Assembly (NCBI GenBank): GCA_902779395.1
Contig: CACZBK010000004.1
Coordinates: 88,043 to 120,042 of the forward strand
Direction of reading: 5' to 3'
Source of the DNA: an uncultured Lachnospiraceae bacterium
Lineage (GTDB): Bacteria > Bacillota > Clostridia > Lachnospirales > Lachnospiraceae
DNA length: 32,000 nt
The position numbers and the translations under genes were made by a program. Below, piece after piece: positions 15,150 through 24,485 of the stretch. Position 1 is the stretch's first letter. Every line of letters begins with the position of its first letter. The notes beneath the pieces are model-generated. The model worked only from the letters and a program-made list of their open reading frames with translations. It was not told the DNA's origin and ran no database searches.

Positions 15150-17534
15150 TTACTCTTCCGTTATCATCTTTACTGGCTCAAGCTTCTTTATCCTTCTTCC
15201 CGCAAAAGCAGCTGTCCCCATGGCCACTCCGATTATTATGACCGTAGCTAATATATAAGATCCCGGCAATATTGTAAAGTCCATTTTCTTAAAGCCGCAG
15301 ATGGATAGCAGAAGCGCCACTATCTTTCTGCTGAAAAATCCGCCGCTTAAAAGCCCCAAAGCTGTTCCGGTCAAAAGTGCCGGGATATTTGAAAGCATGA
15401 CCTGTATTATCAGCTGGCCGGAAGTATAACCTAATGCCTTGCTCACTCCCAGGTCACGCCAGCTTTTGGTTATCTGAGTCCTTACAACCAAAGCTTCTAC
15501 AAAGGCCACGATGATAACTGTCAGTACGCCTATCAATAACGCTACCACACTGACGCCCGTCATCACCATACCGATCGACGCGTATACTTCCGCCATGAAA
15601 TCATATACCTCAATATCGGGATATATCTTACCGAAAGCCTCCTTAAAATCATCCAGAGTATATCCATCCTTAAGCTTGACCAGCCAGTTGTGGCCATCCA
15701 GATGTCCTGTCATCCTCTCCAGCCCCCCGATAGACATATAACTCATCATTCCCATATTATTAAGGGTCTGGACTATGCCTGTCACGATATAGTTTTCTTC
15801 ATTCAGGCCGACTTTTGCCGTTACCACATCACCTACGGATACCTTCATACGATCAGCCGCGTTTGTAGCAAAGATCATCTCGTTATCATGAATGGGCATC
15901 CTTCCTTCCACCAGCATAAGTCCCGAAGGCGTATCCGTGGTTATACCCTTGCAGCTTATGACCTGTTCCTTGCGGACTTTCCCTGAAGTATAGGAAACAC
16001 TTTCCCAGCATTCCCCACACATATACTCTACCATGCCCATGCTCCTGATATACTGCTCCGTAGCTTCATCTACATATAAGTCTGCATCGGCTGCAGCATA
16101 GCCGGCCATCCCCATAAGATACAGTTCATCGGTAAAACTGTCACGCATGCCAAAGCCTATTATCGATGCTACAGTCAGCACAAAGGCAATGAATACTATA
16201 CCCAGCTGCGAGCGGAATTTACCGAAGGTTTCCTTAAGCGCTATAACAAAAGGTACAGGAAGCGCAGTCTTTTCAAAGGAGAAAAGGTTTTTCTTGAAAT
16301 TATGGGTATTTATACCGCCGCGAAGCGCATCCAGCACAGTGGTCTTATGATAATCCCTGCCGATCACCAGCGTCATCAGGATAACTGTCAGGCACATGAA
16401 TACCAGGACCATTATCGCGACCATGATATCAGCAGGCTGGTTCCAGTTAAGTCCCAGTGTTGCCAGTATCGCAAACCCAAGCTTATCAAGCGAAAACATG
16501 CCAAGCGCCGTTCCCAGAAGACCGCCCGCAAATACGACTGTCAGAAGCTGTATAAGGAGTATGATCACCATCTCTTTTACCGTATACCCGGATGCTTCCA
16601 TGATGGCAGTATTTCGCATATTTGTCATGATAAAGTTTTTGATACTGAAATGAGTCAGTACCAGCGCTACGGCAAATATGATAAGCGCAAAAAGAAGTAT
16701 TATAGCTATGAATATCATGGGCAGTATCATTGCGCTGACCTTGAGCATGACATAGGGCAGGGCATTGCTCAGAACTCCTTTAAACTCCGGATGCTCCGGC
16801 GAATACTTAAGATACCATTCCATATACTCATTATATATATCCTCATCCAGCCCCGCTTCTTCAAGATGTTTTTTGAAAACAAGATCGGAATATTTAATGT
16901 TATACCGCTGTATCTCAAAATCCGCCACAGGATTATCAAAGGAAATCTGCTGATACATCTTATCCGATACATATATAAGATATGCCCCCACATTCAGCGG
17001 CGAGCAAAAGAAAGTGTCCTCGGCAAAGCCCGCAACTTTAAGCTCATAGGTATTATCGCCGATCTTGATCTCCAGGATATCGCCCCTTTCAAATTCCATC
17101 GACATCCTTGCCGGCAGGACCGCTTCATTGCCCCGCATCTTAGCTGTATCAATGCTTATCTTCTGTATGCTTCTTTCCTGTTCGTAGGATTCAAAATACA
17201 TGGAATAATCCGTCCAGGCCTTATCACCCTTATGCCTGAACTTAGAAGCAGAAAGAGGCAGGAGCTTGTGTTTTTCAAATCCTTTAACATATTCATTTCC
17301 CGTAAGCATCTCTTCAAGCTTGGCCTCACCGACTTTATCCTCTGTCATGAGCATCACCAGATCCGCGCCGTTTATCTGATCATATACCGTATCCAGAACA
17401 CTGCCCGTACCCAGGAGGAAACTTAAACTGATGAAAATAAGAAAGGATGCTATCAGTGTCATCAGCAGGAAGGTGATCATATCCTTCTTCTGCTTTTTTA
17501 TATTATTCTTAGCGATAAATAAATATCTGAACAT
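15150..17534 (-). CDS. ABC transporter permease, FtsX/MacB-type (two FtsX domains)
   Basis: The track ORF is 15150..17543 and begins with GTG. An ATG at 17534 has a GGGGTGG Shine-Dalgarno 5 nt upstream. The protein has about 10 hydrophobic helices with large extracytoplasmic loops after TM1 and in the second half. Confidence 0.85.
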   Translation of the reverse strand: MFRYLFIAKNNIKKQKKDMITFLLMTLIASFLIFISLSFLLGTGSVLDTVYDQINGADLVMLMTEDKVGEAKLEEMLTGNEYVKGFEKHKLLPLSASKFRHKGDKAWTDYSMYFESYEQERSIQKISIDTAKMRGNEAVLPARMSMEFERGDILEIKIGDNTYELKVAGFAEDTFFCSPLNVGAYLIYVSDKMYQQISFDNPVADFEIQRYNIKYSDLVFKKHLEEAGLDEDIYNEYMEWYLKYSPEHPEFKGVLSNALPYVMLKVSAMILPMIFIAIILLFALIIFAVALVLTHFSIKNFIMTNMRNTAIMEASGYTVKEMVIILLIQLLTVVFAGGLLGTALGMFSLDKLGFAILATLGLNWNQPADIMVAIMVLVFMCLTVILMTLVIGRDYHKTTVLDALRGGINTHNFKKNLFSFEKTALPVPFVIALKETFGKFRSQLGIVFIAFVLTVASIIGFGMRDSFTDELYLMGMAGYAAADADLYVDEATEQYIRSMGMVEYMCGECWESVSYTSGKVRKEQVISCKGITTDTPSGLMLVEGRMPIHDNEMIFATNAADRMKVSVGDVVTAKVGLNEENYIVTGIVQTLNNMGMMSYMSIGGLERMTGHLDGHNWLVKLKDGYTLDDFKEAFGKIYPDIEVYDFMAEVYASIGMVMTGVSVVALLIGVLTVIIVAFVEALVVRTQITKSWRDLGVSKALGYTSGQLIIQVMLSNIPALLTGTALGLLSGGFFSRKIVALLLSICGFKKMDFTILPGSYILATVIIIGVAMGTAAFAGRRIKKLEPVKMITEE

Positions 17535-17536
17535 TC

Positions 17537-18361
17537 TTACCACCCCATGTCCTGAAGGAAGTTCTTAAGCTTTTCGTGTCTCTCCTTCGCCTTCTCTATA
17601 TGCGGATTGCTCTCATCTTTATAATCCCCGGCATATTCTCCCAGCTCTATCTCATCCGATATAACGCCGTCTGCAAGATAGATGATCCTGCTGCCTCGCT
17701 CAGCGGCCTTTATGGTATGCGTGACCATCACTATGCTCTGTCCTTCATCATTAAGACCCGATAAGATATTGAGCACGTTTTCCGTATTCTGTGAGTTTAA
17801 GGCGCCGGTAGGCTCGTCTGCAAAGAGCACTTCGGGGCTGTTGATAACACCGCGCACCACTGCCACTCTCTGCTGCTGTCCACCGCTCATCTGGGTCGGG
17901 AATTTATCCCAGTCAGCTTCCCCGATCTCGACCCTCTCAAGCAGTTTCTTTGCCTTTTGGGCCAGTTCCTTTCTGTTGCTGTGCTTTAAGAGACCGCAGA
18001 CCATTATATTATCCAGGGCACTCATACTGTCGTTTAAGTAGTTCTGCTGGAACACAAAGCCCACATGGTTGCGGCGGAACAGTGCCAGCTTGTCATTGTT
18101 GAATTTAGATATCTCGGTCTCTTTAGTCTTATCCCCGTCAGCGGTATAATAAGTAACCGTTCCAAGGCTGGGTCTGTCCATGCCTGATACCGAATACAGC
18201 AGTGTTGATTTACCTGAACCGGAGTTTCCCATTATGACCGTGAAATCACCTTTGTATATTGACAGGTTCAGGTTCCTTAACACATGCTGCTGCACGCTCC
18301 CGTTAGAGAAAGTTTTTGAAAGATCCTTTACCTGTATTACTGTTTTCTTATCCATTATCAT
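17537..18361 (-). CDS. ABC transporter ATP-binding protein (MacB-like)
   Basis: 274 aa. Walker A is GNSGSGKST, the signature is MSGGQQQRV and Walker B is VLFADEPT. Confidence 0.9.
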   Translation of the reverse strand: MIMDKKTVIQVKDLSKTFSNGSVQQHVLRNLNLSIYKGDFTVIMGNSGSGKSTLLYSVSGMDRPSLGTVTYYTADGDKTKETEISKFNNDKLALFRRNHVGFVFQQNYLNDSMSALDNIMVCGLLKHSNRKELAQKAKKLLERVEIGEADWDKFPTQMSGGQQQRVAVVRGVINSPEVLFADEPTGALNSQNTENVLNILSGLNDEGQSIVMVTHTIKAAERGSRIIYLADGVISDEIELGEYAGDYKDESNPHIEKAKERHEKLKNFLQDMGW

Positions 18362-18370
18362 ATTCTCCCG

Positions 18371-19741
18371 TCAGTCAACCTTGATGTTCACGCCTTCGCT
18401 CAGCTCCTGGGTGTCGTTCCAGATCACGCAGTCGCCTGCATTAAGACCGCTCAATACTTCTATCATATCATCATTCTGCATTCCGGTCTCGATATATTTC
18501 TTAACCGCTTTCTTATCGCCGGCTATATATACGTAATCGCCCTTTTCATCGTAGTTGAGCGCGTCCATAGGAATCCGGATCGCATCGTTTACGGACGCAG
18601 TATTCACTTTTGCCTTTGCCTCAAGCCCTATGATGATATCGTCATCAGGCTGATCCAGCTTTATCTCAACATCTACGCCTATATCATTTGCCGCTGTCTT
18701 ATTTGATATACGCTCTACCCTGCCGCTGTAATCCTTACCTTTGATGCTTACGCAAGCGCTCTGTTCGGGGTGCAGGTTTACTATATCATATTTGTTGACA
18801 TTCAGTTTGACCATTATGTTTTCGGTTGAATCTATCGTAAGTAATAGACCGCCTTTTCCCACATAAGAATCTTCCGTTACGTTTACTGCGCTTACCACGC
18901 CGTCAAAATCCGCTCTTATGCCTTTCTTAGCTTCTTCAAGCTCTGCGATCTTTTTCTGCGCCTCAAACTCATTCAAAGCTTTGACTGCTTCCAGCTTATC
19001 CTTATCCGCTGCTGTCATGGAGGCGGTTACGGTCGAAGCTTTCTGGCTGGTCATCTCTGCCTTGTATTCCCTGCAGGCTGCCAGATGAGCGCTCAGTTCA
19101 TTAAGCTGCTTCTGCATCTCGATCACTTCGTAGTTTGACTGCATCTCTGCCGTGTTGGAAGCTATCTGCTTCTGAAGCTCCTCATATTCCTCCGAATCCG
19201 GCTTGTCCGACCATTCGATAAGCGATATCTGAAGCGCTGCTCCGTGATCGGCTATCTGAGCTCTCTTATATGCTATATCGCTTTCAAGCTGTGTAATGGC
19301 TGCCTGGTAATCATTTATCTGTGTATCCAGTACCTTAAGATTTCGCTTCGCCTCCGCATTAAGGCCTGCAATCCTTGAATCTGCCTGCACTGCGCTGTTG
19401 TAGTTTTCCTGATCTACTGCTGCCGACATGTTCGTAAGCTCGATAAGCTCGTCGATCTTTGCATTATCATAAGCTACCAGCAGATCACCCTTCTTAACCC
19501 TGTCGCCTTCCTTAACACATACCGTTGCGATCCTTCCATCTAAGTCCGCATAGAAGCTTTTGCTGTTTTCACTTTCCACATTGCCGTTGATCTCAAGCGT
19601 TCTTACTATCTCGCCGCGGTCTGCTACATATGATGTTACGGACATAGCCGCATTTGAATACATCTTAAGTCCGCCGCCTGCCAATACCGCTGCAGTTGCC
19701 ACTCCCAGTATAGTCATCGTTACTTTTTTCTTTATAGCCAT
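18371..19741 (-). CDS. HlyD/MacA-family periplasmic adaptor (membrane fusion protein)
   Basis: 456 aa. It has an N-terminal anchor (ILGVATAAVLAGGG), a lipoyl-like hairpin (KEGDRVKKGDLLV), a long coiled coil and a C-terminal beta-barrel. It is the first gene of the ABC/two-component operon. Confidence 0.85.
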   Translation of the reverse strand: MAIKKKVTMTILGVATAAVLAGGGLKMYSNAAMSVTSYVADRGEIVRTLEINGNVESENSKSFYADLDGRIATVCVKEGDRVKKGDLLVAYDNAKIDELIELTNMSAAVDQENYNSAVQADSRIAGLNAEAKRNLKVLDTQINDYQAAITQLESDIAYKRAQIADHGAALQISLIEWSDKPDSEEYEELQKQIASNTAEMQSNYEVIEMQKQLNELSAHLAACREYKAEMTSQKASTVTASMTAADKDKLEAVKALNEFEAQKKIAELEEAKKGIRADFDGVVSAVNVTEDSYVGKGGLLLTIDSTENIMVKLNVNKYDIVNLHPEQSACVSIKGKDYSGRVERISNKTAANDIGVDVEIKLDQPDDDIIIGLEAKAKVNTASVNDAIRIPMDALNYDEKGDYVYIAGDKKAVKKYIETGMQNDDMIEVLSGLNAGDCVIWNDTQELSEGVNIKVD

Positions 19742-19765
19742 TTCTTTTTCCTCCTCGTTATATAT

Positions 19766-19823
19766 GAAAAAACTTCCGTATCGCTTTTGCTGATACTAAT
19801 GTATCGCAAAGTGATACGGAAGT
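19766..19823 (-). terminator. Long imperfect hairpin plus T run between the GT2 gene and the ABC operon (terminator or attenuator)
   Basis: Minus-sense ACTTCCGTATC ... GATACGGAAGT (11-bp outer stem, with inner TTGC-GATAC/GTATC-GCAA pairing) followed by TTTTT. It ends about 25 nt before the adaptor gene ATG. Confidence 0.6.
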
Positions 19824-19869
19824 CTTGACATGATCCTTGCACGATCATGAAATGATCCTTTCTTAATTC

Positions 19870-20676
19870 TTAACTGTTTCTTACTCGGCTGCTGACTGCG
19901 TCCTTAAGGTATCTCACGGTTGCTTTACTAAGGCCAGCGGGTTCCTTCAGCAGCTTCTCCTGCATAAGCTCCAGATCTTTTAAGATGAGCGGGTTTATAT
20001 TTTCCCCGGTAGATACTCCGCTGCCCATTTCATGGTTCAGAAAAATCTCTTTGGTAAAGGCTATCCTGCACCCCCTCTGTAAAAGGCTCACAATAAAAGG
20101 GAAATCATCCAGCAGGCGGTAATCCTCATCCAGAATGCCATACTTTTCGAACAGGCCCTTGCTGTATGCGGTGCAGCATGAGCTGATCAGATTGTGCCTG
20201 CGTATCATATAATTCATCAAAATAAGCGGACAGAACTTAAGGCCAAGGGCGGTAAGTAAGCCCGGCCTGATCTTTGAATGACCGGCATAGCAGTCACAGC
20301 GCCTGCCTGTAAGTATCAGCGCACCGCTGTTATCAAATTCTTTGATTATCCGGGATATTGCAGATGCATTCGGGAAACTGTCCCCAGGGCTGCAGAATAT
20401 TATATACTTACCGCGTACCATTGAAAAAAGCTTATTCAGATGCGCTACAGACCCCATGTTTACTTCATTGGTGTTGATCCTCACATCTGCAAAATTGTGT
20501 GATAAGCGTTCCTTAAGCCCCTGCAGCATGGAAGTATCATATGACTTCGAACAGTCATCACTGATGATAAGTTCAACGGAAGAACAGTCAAACTGTTCTT
20601 CAAGAGACCGTACTGTCGGCTCCGCTTTATCAAAATTGTTATACAGTACAAAAAGCACTGTTGCTTTAATATCCAT
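19870..20676 (-). CDS. Glycosyltransferase family 2
   Basis: 268 aa. The N-terminus has the GT-A fold signature VLYNNFDKAEPTVRSLEEQ...ELIISDDCS (DxD-like). Confidence 0.8.
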   Translation of the reverse strand: MDIKATVLFVLYNNFDKAEPTVRSLEEQFDCSSVELIISDDCSKSYDTSMLQGLKERLSHNFADVRINTNEVNMGSVAHLNKLFSMVRGKYIIFCSPGDSFPNASAISRIIKEFDNSGALILTGRRCDCYAGHSKIRPGLLTALGLKFCPLILMNYMIRRHNLISSCCTAYSKGLFEKYGILDEDYRLLDDFPFIVSLLQRGCRIAFTKEIFLNHEMGSGVSTGENINPLILKDLELMQEKLLKEPAGLSKATVRYLKDAVSSRVRNS

Positions 20677-20825
20677 CAGTTTTCAGACTCCGATATCATT
20701 AAGAAGATCGGGTGTATATAGAAAGGGAGTTATCTGCCTCTTGGATCAAGACATCCCACTCCCCTTTTCACTCATGTACCTATAGTAAGCGCGATAGATC
20801 ATTGCGCTTACTATAACGCTCCGCT

Positions 20826-21821
20826 TCACTCTTTATTGCTTACTACCACTATGCCAACCGGCTTATTCTTATCGCTGTTGACGACCCCGTCAGGAAAGAT
20901 CTCATCATAATGAACCAGATCATCCAGAAGCATAGGGATATTGACATCCATGGTCTCATTTGTAAACTGGCATGTACCTACTTTTCTGTGTCCGCCGCCG
21001 CCGTATTTAAGCATTAACGCACCGACATCCACATGACTGCTCTTGTTAAGGATACTGTAACCTGTAGCACATGAGCATCCCTGACCGCCCTTACCGCTCA
21101 CTATCCATACGGAGATATTCTGCTCGGGATACATACTGTAGATCATGAATCTGTTTCCGGAATAGATGGGATCTACTCCGCGCAGATCGGAGATTATAAC
21201 ATCCCCTTCTACTCTTGTATGTGCCTTAACCATCTCTTTAAACTTTGCAGCCTGCTCACGGTATACTTCTATACGCTCGACTACATCGGGAAGTGCAAGC
21301 ACTTCTTCGGTACTCATGGTGCGGATAGCCTCCATAAGCACCTCCATAAGGCGGTAATTTGGTATGGTGAAATTACGCCATCTTCCCAGTCCTGTACGGG
21401 GATCCATTAAAAGCCCCACCAGTATCCAGCCCTCGGGATTCTGTATCTCTTCGATGGTAAGATTACCCGAATCAACCTTGTCCACCGCTACCATCATATC
21501 ATCAAAGTGCGAGAATCTCTCTTCCCCACCGTAATATTCGTAAATGATACGGGCACAGGAAGGTGTTATCCTGCTTTCTCCTTTATACTTTCCGGCCAGC
21601 TCATTACGTTCAAACTCACTTGAATGATGGTCAAACCAAAGGCCGCATCCCTCCACATAAGGAACATTCGCAAGGCAGTCATTCTCATCTATCTCAATGA
21701 GTCCATCCTGCAGATCCTTAGGATGAACAAATTTCCAATGATCGATAACCCCGGCCTCCAGAAGCAGTGTTCCACACGCAAGCCCGTCAAAATCAGATCT
21801 TGTGATAAGTCTCATTGCCAT
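20826..21821 (-). CDS. DHH/DHHA1-family phosphoesterase (NrnB/exopolyphosphatase-related)
   Basis: 331 aa. The motifs are SDFDGL (DxD), WFDHHSSE (DHH) and C-terminal KYGGGGHRKVG (GGGH of DHHA1). Confidence 0.75.
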   Translation of the reverse strand: MAMRLITRSDFDGLACGTLLLEAGVIDHWKFVHPKDLQDGLIEIDENDCLANVPYVEGCGLWFDHHSSEFERNELAGKYKGESRITPSCARIIYEYYGGEERFSHFDDMMVAVDKVDSGNLTIEEIQNPEGWILVGLLMDPRTGLGRWRNFTIPNYRLMEVLMEAIRTMSTEEVLALPDVVERIEVYREQAAKFKEMVKAHTRVEGDVIISDLRGVDPIYSGNRFMIYSMYPEQNISVWIVSGKGGQGCSCATGYSILNKSSHVDVGALMLKYGGGGHRKVGTCQFTNETMDVNIPMLLDDLVHYDEIFPDGVVNSDKNKPVGIVVVSNKE

Positions 21822-21866
21822 AAGCCAATACCCTCACTTATTTTTTTTGCATGATACGCCAAACAT

Positions 21867-21894
21867 ATTATATAATAATTTAGGATTTTTTCAA
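21867..21894 (-). promoter_or_regulatory. sigma-A type promoter of the DHH gene
   Basis: Minus-sense TTGAAA (21889-21894), 16-nt spacer, TATAAT (21867-21872). Confidence 0.55.
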
Positions 21895-21895
21895 G

Positions 21896-23878
21896 CTATT
21901 CTTTATCAAACTGCCACTCCGGCTTTTTAAAGAAATCAACTCTGGGCTCCAGGAATTTAAGTTCATGCTTTTTAAGATCCGGAATATATGCACTGAGAGG
22001 CTCAAGTATAAGATCCCAGCTCCACAGCTCTTCACCGATATTCAGATAATCCCTGAACATTTCGCAGCCATCGGGTGCTATAGGATGGAAAAGAACCGCC
22101 ATGACCTTGCATGAATACCAGGCATCAGTTAACAGCTGCTTCTTAAGTTCTGTATCATCATTCTTATCTGCCTCACGGCTGGTCGCAACCCAGTACTTAT
22201 TAACCTCACGTATATATTCATCCAGTGTATATGAAATACGATGAAAATCGTGGTTATACATATGCCTTTCATATTCAGCCACATTTTTTTCGGCCAGGGC
22301 ACGGATCCTTTCGGAAACGACTCCCTCAGGGATGATGCCGTCAAAGGCATTCTGTGTTGTATAAAAACATGAACGGATAAGACGGTTATATACATTGGTC
22401 AGAAGATTTCCTTCCTTTACCACCATATCAGCTCCTTCACGCTCATTCTCAGGCATATACACCTGCGGCTTAAATCCGGTACTCTTATTTGAAAGTCCCA
22501 GGCTCATAAAATGCATACGCAGCTGTTCCACCGAATAATGATCCAGCAATTCTTCAGCCATGGGCGGCTTGATATCAGACGAACTGCTGGCCTTGGTATC
22601 CATAAAAAGAACATGCCTGTTCGGGATTATATGCGGCAGTCTTACGTTACCAAGAGCATGGAAAAGCCCCATCTCCGCTATTGAATAGAAATAGATATTA
22701 TCCTCTCCGATGAACTGATATACCATGGAATCTTCATCATTCCACCACTTCTGCCACTCATCCTCAGGCGCTCCCTTAGACTCAAGGTAAGTTCTTGTAA
22801 AGGAAATGGGTGCCCATAAGGATTCCGGCCATACCCAGAATGTCAGATCCTTTTCGCCTTCTTTTTCCGGAACGGGAACACCCCATTCAACATTTCCGGA
22901 AAGCCTGAAAGGTACTAAGGTCTTGCCGGCCGTATAGTGAACCCCGGCTTCTTCAAGTACTTTTCTGGCAATATCCCTGTCGTCAAGGCTTTTAAATATG
23001 CAAAGCAATGACTTGCGCTTCTCTTCATCAACCAGCTCATGCCCTGGGAATTTCGCCAGAAGCGCATCCGTATCGATATCCTCAAGATATTTCTTAGGGA
23101 TATGTACCGCAGGCTTATTAAGGAATTCATCAATAACAAGCAGCTCATACTTACGTCTGTTTGAATTCTTGCGCAGCTCGTCATTATATTCCTTAAGATA
23201 ATCTATATCATCTTCCAGTTTGTAATACCAGTTTGTAACATCAACAAACACAGGCTTTTTGCCTGAAAGCACGCTTACCGGATCGATAAGTTCACTGGGC
23301 ATGTACTGGTGTCCCAGCGAGCATTCATCGGCGTATGCTTTCTCACTGCAGCAGCCTTCTATCGGGCAGCGCCCTACAACCTGGCGTCCGTTCAAGAACA
23401 CGCCCAGTTCCTCATCAAAAAACTGAGGGGTTGAGAGCTTTTCCAGACAGCCTTTTTCATAAAGCGTATTAAAGATCTCGGCGGAAGTCTTTGTATGCAT
23501 CTTCGCCGTTTCTCCCAGTCCGGAGGCTCCGAAAAGATTCAGGCTGATACGGTATTTATCCAGTGTCTCTTTCTGCTTTACATGATTGGAATTAACGTAA
23601 TCCTGTATGCTCTTATCATAACCTGACTCCTTGAGCTTACGGTAGCTTTCCAGGGCCGGAGAACCGTAACAATCCGTTCCGGATACAAAAATAACATTCT
23701 CCTTTCCGATACGGTCGCGCATGAAACGCGCAAATATATCGGCATGGATGAACATTCCTCCCACATGTCCGAAATGAAGCTCCTTATTTCCGTAAGGCAT
23801 TCCTCCGGTTATCACACATCGTTTCGGAAATACCGGCTTCTCGTCCGGTCTGAGCCTTTTATCATACATATCAAACAC
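21896..23878 (-). CDS. metG: Methionyl-tRNA synthetase-like class I aminoacyl-tRNA ligase (divergent KMSKS)
   Basis: 660 aa. It has PYGNKELHFGHVGG (HIGH motif), a MetRS-type zinc knuckle (GRCPIEGCCSEKAYADECSLGHQY), SELIDPVSVLSGKKPVF and QFIGEDNIYFYS. The KMSKS position reads TKASSSS. Its start overlaps the engB stop by 8 nt. Confidence 0.7.
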   Translation of the reverse strand: MFDMYDKRLRPDEKPVFPKRCVITGGMPYGNKELHFGHVGGMFIHADIFARFMRDRIGKENVIFVSGTDCYGSPALESYRKLKESGYDKSIQDYVNSNHVKQKETLDKYRISLNLFGASGLGETAKMHTKTSAEIFNTLYEKGCLEKLSTPQFFDEELGVFLNGRQVVGRCPIEGCCSEKAYADECSLGHQYMPSELIDPVSVLSGKKPVFVDVTNWYYKLEDDIDYLKEYNDELRKNSNRRKYELLVIDEFLNKPAVHIPKKYLEDIDTDALLAKFPGHELVDEEKRKSLLCIFKSLDDRDIARKVLEEAGVHYTAGKTLVPFRLSGNVEWGVPVPEKEGEKDLTFWVWPESLWAPISFTRTYLESKGAPEDEWQKWWNDEDSMVYQFIGEDNIYFYSIAEMGLFHALGNVRLPHIIPNRHVLFMDTKASSSSDIKPPMAEELLDHYSVEQLRMHFMSLGLSNKSTGFKPQVYMPENEREGADMVVKEGNLLTNVYNRLIRSCFYTTQNAFDGIIPEGVVSERIRALAEKNVAEYERHMYNHDFHRISYTLDEYIREVNKYWVATSREADKNDDTELKKQLLTDAWYSCKVMAVLFHPIAPDGCEMFRDYLNIGEELWSWDLILEPLSAYIPDLKKHELKFLEPRVDFFKKPEWQFDKE

Positions 23879-24485
23879 CCTCCTCTGGATCTTCCTCTAT
23901 AGCATCCTTTCCGTTAAGCAGCTCATAGATCTCGTCCCTTCCCTGCTTACTCTCTGCCGAAAAAGCGATAAGGACACCGTTTTTCGACATTCCCAGTCCT
24001 TCACGGACCGCCTTCTTCTGTTTTTCCAGCTGGCTGCGTTTTATCTTATCAGCCTTTGTGGCGATTATAAGCGGCTCATATCCCTGCGCCACTATCCATT
24101 CATACATCTGTTTATCATTTGCGGAGGGATCATGTCGTATATCTATCAGCAGGAAAACATTTTTCAGCTGTTTAGACGAATGCAGATAGCGTTCAACCAT
24201 TTTCCCCCACTTTGCTGATACTTCCGCTCCGGCCTTTGCATAACCGTATCCCGGAAGGTCCACAAGGTAAAATGCGTCATTCACATTAAAAAAATTTATG
24301 GTCTGTGTCTTTCCCGGCTGCGAAGAAGTACGTGCAAGACTTTTTCTCTGCATAAGTGCATTGATGAGTGATGACTTTCCCACATTACTCTTCCCCGCAA
24401 ATGCGAATTCCGGCAGCGAATTTTCGGGCAGCCTGCTCGTTATACCGCATACGGTCTCAAGCTCTGCCTTTACTATCTTCATCAC
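23871..24485 (-). CDS. engB: Ribosome-biogenesis GTPase YihA/YsxC (EngB)
   Basis: 204 aa. G1 is GKSNVGKSSLINAL, G3 is DLPGYG and G4 is TKADK. It sits in the conserved position after lon. Confidence 0.9.
   Translation of the reverse strand: MMKIVKAELETVCGITSRLPENSLPEFAFAGKSNVGKSSLINALMQRKSLARTSSQPGKTQTINFFNVNDAFYLVDLPGYGYAKAGAEVSAKWGKMVERYLHSSKQLKNVFLLIDIRHDPSANDKQMYEWIVAQGYEPLIIATKADKIKRSQLEKQKKAVREGLGMSKNGVLIAFSAESKQGRDEIYELLNGKDAIEEDPEEGV

Noticed and set aside
16302-17426. 374-aa plus-strand ORF
   Set aside because: It lies entirely antisense to the FtsX-type permease, whose hydrophobic helices and operon context are convincing. The antisense product is His/Tyr/Lys/Arg-rich with no recognisable domain.
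19825-19854. Plus-strand promoter TTGACA-17-TGAAAT
   Set aside because: It would fire antisense into the 3' end of the GT2 gene with no plus-strand target. The -10 is weak. The TTGACA is more economically explained as part of the repeat/hairpin region of the minus-strand leader.
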